DNA from: Gemmatimonadota bacterium | Lineage (GTDB): Bacteria > Orphanbacterota > Orphanbacteria > Orphanbacterales > Orphanbacteraceae | Assembly (NCBI GenBank): GCA_020061515.1 | Contig: JAGUYC010000313.1 | Coordinates: forward strand, 1-59,002 | Direction of reading: 5' to 3' | Length of the DNA stretch: 59,002 nucleotides | Shown: in pieces, positions 52,524 to 59,002 of the stretch | Layout: each line of letters opens with the position of its first letter | Numbering within the stretch: the stretch's first letter is position 1 | Position numbers and translations under genes: made by a program | Notes under the pieces: generated by a model | Databases searched by the model: none | What the model saw: the letters and a program-made list of their open reading frames with translations, nothing else | Told to the model about the DNA's origin: nothing

Positions 52524-53210
52524 GTGGGAATCGAGACGAATCTCCGCCAAGTCCGCGACCGGATCGCCGCAGCCGCCGCGCGCGCGGGGCGCGATCCGGA
52601 GTCGGTCCTTCTCGTCGCGGTGACGAAGAACGTCCCGCCCGATCGCATCAACGAGGCGATCCGCGCGGGCGCGCCCGCGATCGGAGAGAACCGGGTGCAG
52701 GAAGCGGAGTCGAAGTGGCCGGAGATCCTCGCCGGTCCCGAACGCCACATGGTGGGGAGCCTCCAGAGAAACAAGGCGGGAAAGGCGGTGGAGCTTTTCG
52801 ACCGAATCCAGTCGATCGACTCCGTCCGGCTCGCCGAGGCGGTCTCGCGCCGCGCGGAGGCGGCCGGGAGGAAGATCCCGGTGCTCGTCGAGGTGAACGT
52901 CTCCGGCGAAGAATCGAAGGCGGGCGTCGATCCGGAGGGCGTGCGCGGGCTTCTCGATGGGATCGCGGGGCTTCCCGGCATCCTTCCGGACGGGCTCATG
53001 ACGATCGGACCCCTCACGGGCGACGCGGAGAGAATCCGCGCCGCGTTCCGTTCGCTCCGCCGCCTCTTCGACGCGCTCCGTTCGGATCCGGTCGGCGGGA
53101 TCGCGATGCGCCATCTCTCGATGGGGATGTCCGAGGATTTCGAAATCGCGGTCGAGGAGGGGGCGACGATGGTCCGCGTGGGGACCGCGATCTTCGGAGA
53201 GCGGCCGTGA
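52524..53210 (+). CDS. yggS: YggS-family pyridoxal-phosphate homeostasis protein
   Basis: GTG 52524 after GAGGGGG. LVAVTKNVP, IGENRVQE, HMVGSLQRNK, SMGMSEDFEIAVEEGATMVRVGTAIFG. Confidence 0.9.
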   Translation: MGIETNLRQVRDRIAAAAARAGRDPESVLLVAVTKNVPPDRINEAIRAGAPAIGENRVQEAESKWPEILAGPERHMVGSLQRNKAGKAVELFDRIQSIDSVRLAEAVSRRAEAAGRKIPVLVEVNVSGEESKAGVDPEGVRGLLDGIAGLPGILPDGLMTIGPLTGDAERIRAAFRSLRRLFDALRSDPVGGIAMRHLSMGMSEDFEIAVEEGATMVRVGTAIFGERP

Positions 53211-53274
53211 GCGCGAGGCCGGCGAGAGGGAAGACGCCCGCTCGAAACGGGCATGCGCCCCAAAAGGTTGAAAC

Positions 53275-53868
53275 ATGAACGCTTCAGAGATTCTTCGAGC
53301 CGCGCACCTCGCGGTTCGCGCGATCGCCTTCGCCCTTCTCGCCCTGCTTGTTCTCCGGATTCTCCTCCAGCCGGAGCGACTTCGCTTCGGGACACGCTCG
53401 TTTCGCTATCGCCTCGCGCGCGCGACCGATTTCATCGTCCTTCCGATCCACTCGATGCTCCCCCCGGGAACCTCGGGGGCGGTGGCGACCGTCCTGGCGA
53501 TGGTCGTCGTTCTTCTCATCGCCTACTTCGCGGTCGGCGTGACGAACGATACTCTCGGCGCGCTCTTCCGAGCCGCGGCCGCCCTCTCGCGCGCCGCGCC
53601 GCTCGCGGCGCTCGGCCATCTGCTCTACGGGCTCGTCTCGTTCTACACGACCCTTCTCATCCTTCGGATCTTCCTCTCCTGGTTCCGCGCGGGACCGTAC
53701 GGAGGAGGGCGCTTCACCCGCTTCCTCTACGCCGCGACGGAGCCCCTGCTCGCCCCGGTCCGCGGAATCCTCCCGCCCCTCGGGATGCTCGATCTTTCCC
53801 CGCTTCTCGTGTTCGTCCTTCTCCACTTTCTGAAGGGGGCGATCCTTGCCTTCTTTCTGAGAGCCTGA
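53275..53868 (+). CDS. yggT: YggT-family membrane protein
   Basis: Duplicated YggT-like membrane modules (LLILRIFLSWF..., TEPLLAPVRGILPPLGMLDLSPLLVFVLL). Conserved position after yggS. Confidence 0.8.
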   Translation: MNASEILRAAHLAVRAIAFALLALLVLRILLQPERLRFGTRSFRYRLARATDFIVLPIHSMLPPGTSGAVATVLAMVVVLLIAYFAVGVTNDTLGALFRAAAALSRAAPLAALGHLLYGLVSFYTTLLILRIFLSWFRAGPYGGGRFTRFLYAATEPLLAPVRGILPPLGMLDLSPLLVFVLLHFLKGAILAFFLRA

Positions 53869-53992
53869 GGGCTGCGACGTCTCTCCGAAGCGCTCGCCTC
53901 GCAGGATTTCGCTTGGCCCGAGGCGCGTCTTCGGATAGGCTGAGCATTCTGCGAACCGACCGGGAGACGGACGAATAGGAGGGAGCCGCGTC

Positions 53993-54628
53993 ATGAAGAT
54001 CTCTCCCCTTGACATTCGGAAGCAGACGTTCCGAAAGGCGCTGCGCGGGCTCGACGAGCAGGAGGTCGCCTCGTTCCTCGAGATGGTCGCCGACGAGGTC
54101 GAGGAGGTCGTGCAGGAGAACCGGGCGCTCCGCGATCGGATCTCCACGTCGGACATTCAGCTCGAGAACTACCGCAGGATCGAGGAAGCCCTGCGGAACG
54201 CTCTCGTGACCGCGGAGAAGGTCGCCCGCGACACGAAGAAGAACGCGGATCAGGAGGTCGAGATCCGCCTCAAGGACGCGGACCTCCGTGCGCAGAGGGC
54301 GGTGCAGACCGCGCGCGGGATCCTGGAGAGCGTGCGGGGCGATCTGGTCGATCTCGCGAAGCAGAGGCGGGACTTCCTCGCTCGCTTCCGCCTTCTCGTG
54401 GAGACCCAGCTCAAGATGCTTGACCTCAAAAGAAACGAGTACGAGGGCGAGGAAGATCTCCGCCGTCTCGAGGAGTTGCAGCGCGAGCTGTTCGAGGATC
54501 TCCATCTGATGCGCGGAGAGGCTTCCGAGGAGACTGCCGGCGCGCACCCGACCTCCGCCGTCCCCGCGGAGCGCGAGGCGTTCCCCGGGTCCGAGGAGGC
54601 CGCCCGGAGCGCCGGCGAAAACGCGTAG
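53993..54628 (+). CDS. divIVA: DivIVA-domain protein
   Basis: MKISPLDIRKQTFRKALRGLDEQEVASFLEMVADE is the canonical DivIVA N-terminus, followed by a coiled coil. Confidence 0.88.
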   Translation: MKISPLDIRKQTFRKALRGLDEQEVASFLEMVADEVEEVVQENRALRDRISTSDIQLENYRRIEEALRNALVTAEKVARDTKKNADQEVEIRLKDADLRAQRAVQTARGILESVRGDLVDLAKQRRDFLARFRLLVETQLKMLDLKRNEYEGEEDLRRLEELQRELFEDLHLMRGEASEETAGAHPTSAVPAEREAFPGSEEAARSAGENA

Positions 54629-54668
54629 CGATGCGCGCGGCGTTTCGCCGAAGGACCCGCGAAACATC

Positions 54669-57600
54669 ATGAGCGAACGACCCCGCCTTCCCGAGCCGAA
54701 CACCGTCCCGGTCCCCGAACGCGAAGAAGAGATCCTCCGCTTCTGGAAGGAGCGGGAGATCTTCCGGAAGAGCGTCGAGCGCCCGGCCGCGAAGAGCTTC
54801 GTCTTCTACGAGGGCCCGCCGACGGCGAACGCCCTCCCGGGCATCCACCACGCCGCGGGCCGCATCGTGAAGGATCTCGTCTGCCGCTTCCGGACCATGC
54901 AGGGCTTCCGCGTCGTCCGAAAGGGCGGATGGGACACGCACGGCCTCCCCGTCGAGATCGAGGTGGAGAAGGAGCTCGGCTTCACGAACAAAGGACAGAT
55001 CGAACAATACGGAATCGATCGTTTCAATCAAAAGTGTCGCGACCGGGTTTTCCGCTTCTCCGAGGAATGGGAGCGCATGTCCGACCGGATCGGCTTCTGG
55101 GTGGACATGAAGAACCCGTACGTGACCTGCACGAACGGGTACATCGAGTCGGTTTGGGCGGTGCTCAAGCGCTTCTGGGACGCCGGGCTGATCTACGAGG
55201 GGCACAAGGTCGTTCCGTACTGCCCGCGCTGCGGAACGCCTCTCTCGAGCCACGAGGTTTCCCAGGGGTACGCGGACGTGATCGATCCCTCGATCACGAT
55301 CCGGATGCGCGTCGCGGGGGAAGAGGGCCGGAGCTTCCTCGCGTGGACGACGACTCCCTGGACGCTTCCATCGAACGCCGCGATCGCCGTCGCGCCTGCG
55401 GAAACGTACGTCGAGGTCGAAGGAGGGGGGGAGACGCTCATCCTCGCCGAGGCGCGCCTCCCGCACGTGTTCAAGAGCGCGCCGAGGATCGCGCGGCGAT
55501 TCCGCGGGGCCGATCTCGTCGGGATGCGCTACGAGAGGCTCTTCCCCTACGCCGAGAAAGACGAGCGCGCGTGGCGTGTGATCGCCGCGGACTTCGTCTC
55601 GCTCGAGGAAGGGACCGGCATCGTCCACATCGCCCCCGCGTACGGCGAGGACGACTATCGGATCGGCCGGGAAGAAGGGCTCCCGGTCATCTCGCTCGTC
55701 GACCCGACCGGCCGCTTCGTCGAGTCGGTGGCCGAGTGGGCCGGGCGCCCGGTGAAGGAGGCGGATCCGGAGATCATCCGGAACCTCGACGCGCGCGGCC
55801 TTCTCTTTCGCGAGGAACGAACGACGCACAGCTATCCGCACTGCTGGCGCTGCGCGACGCCTCTTCTCTACCTCGCGCGGGCGAGTTGGTTCATCCGGAC
55901 GACCGCCTACCGCGATCGGCTCGTCGAGGAGAACGCGAAGATCGCGTGGTACCCGCCCGAGCTCGGGCAGAACCGTTTCGGCAAGTGGCTCGAGAACAAC
56001 GTCGACTGGTGTCTCTCTCGCGACCGCTTCTGGGGGACGCCGCTCAACATCTGGCGGTGCGGATCGTGCGGGGAAACCGCATCCGTCGGCGGCGTCGAGG
56101 ATCTCCGCCGGCGCGCGACGGCCCCTCTTCCCGAGCCGATCGATCTCCACCGGCCGTGGGCGGACCGGATCGAGATCCGGTGCGAGGCGTGCGCCGAGGC
56201 GATGAAGCGCGTCCCGGAGGTGATCGACGTCTGGTTCGACTCCGGCTGCATGCCCTACGCGCAGTACCATTTCCCGTTCGACGAAGAGGGGATGTTCTCC
56301 GACCAGTTCCCCGCCGAGTTCATCTGCGAGGGGACCGACCAGACGCGCGGCTGGTTCCACTCCCTCCTCGCGATCAGCACGCACGTTTCCGGGACGAGCT
56401 CGTTCAGAAGCTGCTTCGCCATCGGCCTCGTGCTCGACGAGGAAGGGAAGAAGATGTCGAAGACGAAGGGGAACGTCGTCGATCCGTGGGAGATCCTGAG
56501 AAAGTACGGCGCGGACGCTCTCCGCTGGTATCTCGTCTGGAGCCAGCCGCTCTGGGTGCCGCGCCGCTTCAGCGTCGGCACGGTGCGCGAGGTGGGATAC
56601 CCCTTCGTCGATACGCTCCGGAACACGCTCTCGTTCTTCCTTCTCTACGCGTCGCTCGACCGGTTCGTCCCGTCCGCGCGCGGCGAGGGGGAACCGGGCC
56701 GGACCGACATGGACCGCTGGATCCTCTCGCGCCTCGATTCGACCGCTCGCGAGGCCGGGGCCGCTCTCGATCGATACGATCTCACGCGGGCCGGGCGCGC
56801 CCTCCAGGAGTTCGTCATCGACGACCTCAGCAATTGGTACGTGCGGCGCAACCGGAAGCGCTTCTGGAAGAGCGGCATGGACGCCGAGAAGCGCGCCGCG
56901 TTCGAGACGCTCTACGAGACGCTCGTCGTTCTCTCGAAGCTCCTCGCTCCGATCGTTCCCTTCGTGAGCGAGGAGGTCTATCGCGCGCTCGTCCCGCCCT
57001 TCCGTCCGGACGAGCCGGAGTCGGTGCATCTCGCGTCGTACCCGGACCCGGACGGGACGCGGATCGACGAGGATCTCGAGGCGGCGGTCGCCCTCTCGCG
57101 CGAGGTCGCGAACCTCGGCCGCGCGGTTCGAATGCGAAAATCGATCAAGACCCGGCAGCCGGTGCGGAGCATCGCGGTCGTCCTTCCGGACGAGGAGTCG
57201 ATCCGCCGGCTCGAGCGGATGCTGGAGCCGGTGCGTGAGGAGCTGAACGCCCGCGCGCTCGAGATCGCGAGGGACGCGGGCCCCCTCCTCCGTCTCTCGG
57301 CGAAGCCGGTCTTCCCCGTGCTCGGACCCGAGTTCGGACCTCTCGCGGGGAAGGTCGCCGCGGCGATCCGCGCCCTCCCCTCCGAGGCGGTGCGGCGGAT
57401 TCGTGACGAGGGGAGGGAGGAGATCGAGGTGGATGGGAAGGCGGTCGTCCTCGGCCCCTCCCACATCGAAGTGGAGGAGAAGGGATCCGGCTCCTACGAG
57501 ATGGAGCGGGGCGAGCGCGCCGTTCTCTTTCTCGACACTTCTCTCGACGAGGATCTCCTCATGGAGGGGTTCGCCCGGGAGATGGTGAACAAGATTCAGT

Positions 57601-57860
57601 TCATGCGTAAAGAAGCGGGATTCGAAGTCGTCGATCGCGTCCGCGTCGTGTACGAGGGGAGCGATCGGCTCGCGCGTGCCGTGGATTGTCATTCCGATCG
57701 GATCCGCTCGGACACTCTCTCCGTCTCCCTCGTGCGGGGCGAGGCGCGGGGGGAGAGCGCCCGGGAGTGGGATCTGAACGGCGAACCGGCGCGGATCGCC
57801 GTCTCCCGGGTTTCCCCGGCGGCGGCCGGCCGGAAGGAAAGCGAAGGGGACCAGAGGTGA
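54669..57860 (+). CDS. ileS: Isoleucyl-tRNA synthetase
   Basis: Class I signatures PPTANALPGIHH (HIGH) and KMSKTKGN (KMSKS), plus the editing-domain block WTTTPWTLPSN. 1063 aa. Confidence 0.95.
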   Translation: MSERPRLPEPNTVPVPEREEEILRFWKEREIFRKSVERPAAKSFVFYEGPPTANALPGIHHAAGRIVKDLVCRFRTMQGFRVVRKGGWDTHGLPVEIEVEKELGFTNKGQIEQYGIDRFNQKCRDRVFRFSEEWERMSDRIGFWVDMKNPYVTCTNGYIESVWAVLKRFWDAGLIYEGHKVVPYCPRCGTPLSSHEVSQGYADVIDPSITIRMRVAGEEGRSFLAWTTTPWTLPSNAAIAVAPAETYVEVEGGGETLILAEARLPHVFKSAPRIARRFRGADLVGMRYERLFPYAEKDERAWRVIAADFVSLEEGTGIVHIAPAYGEDDYRIGREEGLPVISLVDPTGRFVESVAEWAGRPVKEADPEIIRNLDARGLLFREERTTHSYPHCWRCATPLLYLARASWFIRTTAYRDRLVEENAKIAWYPPELGQNRFGKWLENNVDWCLSRDRFWGTPLNIWRCGSCGETASVGGVEDLRRRATAPLPEPIDLHRPWADRIEIRCEACAEAMKRVPEVIDVWFDSGCMPYAQYHFPFDEEGMFSDQFPAEFICEGTDQTRGWFHSLLAISTHVSGTSSFRSCFAIGLVLDEEGKKMSKTKGNVVDPWEILRKYGADALRWYLVWSQPLWVPRRFSVGTVREVGYPFVDTLRNTLSFFLLYASLDRFVPSARGEGEPGRTDMDRWILSRLDSTAREAGAALDRYDLTRAGRALQEFVIDDLSNWYVRRNRKRFWKSGMDAEKRAAFETLYETLVVLSKLLAPIVPFVSEEVYRALVPPFRPDEPESVHLASYPDPDGTRIDEDLEAAVALSREVANLGRAVRMRKSIKTRQPVRSIAVVLPDEESIRRLERMLEPVREELNARALEIARDAGPLLRLSAKPVFPVLGPEFGPLAGKVAAAIRALPSEAVRRIRDEGREEIEVDGKAVVLGPSHIEVEEKGSGSYEMERGERAVLFLDTSLDEDLLMEGFAREMVNKIQFMRKEAGFEVVDRVRVVYEGSDRLARAVDCHSDRIRSDTLSVSLVRGEARGESAREWDLNGEPARIAVSRVSPAAAGRKESEGDQR

Positions 57861-58231
57861 ACAAGAAGGAACTCGCGCACTTCGAGGAGCGCCTCCTCGA
57901 GGAGCGCGCGAAGCTGCTCCGCGCTCTCGAACGGCATCAATCGTCGTCGAACCGGACGCAGAGGGACGCCGCGGGCGATCTCTCCGCTTATTCGTTCCAC
58001 ATGGCGGATCTGGGGACCGACGCGATGGAACGGGAGAAGGCGTTCCACTTCGCCTCCCGCGACACGCGTCTTCTCTACCATATCGATCAGGCGCTCGATC
58101 GGATCCGCGTGGGAACGTACGGGATCTGCGAGGATTGCGGGGAGCCGATCCCCGAGGGCCGACTCGAGATCGTTCCGCACGCGCGGCTCTGCTCCGCGTG
58201 CAAGGAGAAGGAAGGGCAATCGGGACCGTGA
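57857..58231 (+). CDS. DksA/TraR-family C4 zinc-finger protein
   Basis: GTGA overlap with the ileS stop. YGICEDCGEPIPEGRLEIVPHARLCSACK is the DksA/TraR C4 finger. Confidence 0.85.
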   Translation: MNKKELAHFEERLLEERAKLLRALERHQSSSNRTQRDAAGDLSAYSFHMADLGTDAMEREKAFHFASRDTRLLYHIDQALDRIRVGTYGICEDCGEPIPEGRLEIVPHARLCSACKEKEGQSGP

Positions 58232-58746
58232 AGACCCCTGCGCGTCTCGGGCTCCTCTTCTCCGTTCTCATCGGGGCGGGCGCGCTCCTCCTCGATCAGG
58301 CCTCGAAGGCGATGGTCGCGTCGCGTCTCGGACTCGGCCGGTCGGTCCCGGTCGCGGGCGACGTCTTCCGGATCACGCACGTTCAGAATCCCGGAGGGGC
58401 GTTCGGCCTCTTCCGCGACCACGGGAACCTCTACACCGTTCTCTCAATCGCGGCGGTCGCCGTGCTCGTCTATCTCGCCGCGCGCGGGCGGATCCGCACG
58501 CCGGGCGGGCGGACGGCGATCGGCCTCGTTCTCGGCGGCGCGCTCGGCAACCTGATCGACCGCCTCCGCTTCGGACGCGTGACCGATTTTCTCGACATCG
58601 GCCTCGGCGATCTTCGCTGGCCGGTGTTCAACCTGGCGGATGTCTGGGTCGTCGCCGGCGTCGCTCTCTTCTTTCTCCTATCGATGAGGTCCGGCGATCC
58701 TTCCGATGGAAAACAAACGGATGCCGAAGGAGACGCGCTCGGTTAA
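58228..58746 (+). CDS. lspA: Lipoprotein signal peptidase (signal peptidase II)
   Basis: GTGA overlap with the upstream stop. LDQASK, NPGGAFG, GGALGNLIDR, VTDFLD and FNLAD motifs. Confidence 0.92.
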   Translation: MKTPARLGLLFSVLIGAGALLLDQASKAMVASRLGLGRSVPVAGDVFRITHVQNPGGAFGLFRDHGNLYTVLSIAAVAVLVYLAARGRIRTPGGRTAIGLVLGGALGNLIDRLRFGRVTDFLDIGLGDLRWPVFNLADVWVVAGVALFFLLSMRSGDPSDGKQTDAEGDALG

Positions 58747-59002
58747 GGTCCTAGTGCCTCCGGAGAAGGATGCGGTCCGCCTCGACCGGTTCCTCGCGGA
58801 GGACGCGGGGCTCCCCTCGCGCGCCTTCGGCCAAAAGCTGATCCGCGAGGGAAGGGTCCTCGTGGACGGGAAGGCCGCGCGGGCGAGCCGCAAGCTCGCC
58901 GCGGGGGAGACGGTGACGGTCGCGCTCCCCCCCCCGGAGCCTTCGGTCCTCGTGCCGGAGGCGATCCCGCTCGACGTGCGCCACGAGGACGAGGACCTCG
59001 TC
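58706..59002 (+). CDS. rluD: RluD-type 23S rRNA pseudouridine synthase, N-terminal part (runs off the window)
   Basis: My translation from ATG 58706 reads MENKRMPKETRSVKVLVPPEKDAVRLDRFLAEDAGLPSRAFGQKLIREGRVLVDGKAARASRKLAAGETVTV...LDVRHEDEDLV (S4 domain plus the RluD N-terminal pattern). Not in the ORF track because no stop lies within the window. Confidence 0.8.
   Translation, partial: MENKRMPKETRSVKVLVPPEKDAVRLDRFLAEDAGLPSRAFGQKLIREGRVLVDGKAARASRKLAAGETVTVALPPPEPSVLVPEAIPLDVRHEDEDLV

Noticed and set aside
1-59002. CRISPR arrays, rRNA or tRNA genes, IS elements or transposases.
   Set aside because: I saw no short regularly spaced direct repeats, no tRNA-like cloverleaf other than the tmRNA, and no transposase-like ORFs or terminal inverted repeats. 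The only recombinase is the island integrase.

Overview
This is a 59-kb, high-GC (about two-thirds G+C by eye) bacterial window in three blocks.

**(1) 1-24.5 kb: beta-1,3-glucan (laminarin)-type utilisation locus.**
- Enzymes: three GH16-type proteins, a GH17, a GH1 beta-glucosidase, a clan GH-A hydrolase fused to a porin-like C-terminal half, and a large GH94/GH149/GH161-like putative glucan phosphorylase.
- Other genes: a GPH sugar symporter, a ROK regulator, and several secreted carbohydrate-binding proteins. No SusC/SusD pair is visible.
- Three control regions share a near-identical promoter with an embedded GTTCGG-N3-CCGAAC palindrome.
- The secreted proteins end either in a roughly 80-aa FlgD-Ig/T9SS-like domain or in a short terminal SWGxIKxL[FY]R motif.

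**(2) 24.6-48.07 kb: a roughly 23.5-kb genomic island in the 3' end of the tmRNA gene (ssrA).**
- It is bounded by a 23-bp direct repeat.
- Mobility genes are a tyrosine integrase, an excisionase-like HTH and a RepA/AAA_25-like ATPase.
- The cargo is almost entirely defence-type:
  - a ParB-domain DNA methyltransferase;
  - a 1425-aa Cap4-nuclease/STAND-NTPase (Avs-like) protein;
  - a tight co-directional cassette of SF1 helicase with a Cas4-like Fe-S nuclease, an AbiJ-like protein, a type III Mod, and a type III Res fused to a complete LexA/S24 autoprotease domain;
  - a tripartite toxin-antitoxin-SecB-like chaperone (TAC) module.
- The helicase/AbiJ/Mod/Res-S24 cassette, with the divergently transcribed Avs-like gene, is my best candidate for an undescribed system.

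**(3) 48.4-59 kb: housekeeping genes.** These are a glutamine-synthetase-like gene, yggS, yggT, divIVA, ileS, a dksA-like gene, lspA and the start of rluD, plus a RelA/SpoT-fold protein.

**Limits.** All domain calls come from motif recognition by eye. No HMM, BLAST or structure search was run. Many long ORFs in the track are antisense shadow ORFs typical of high-GC DNA and were discarded.
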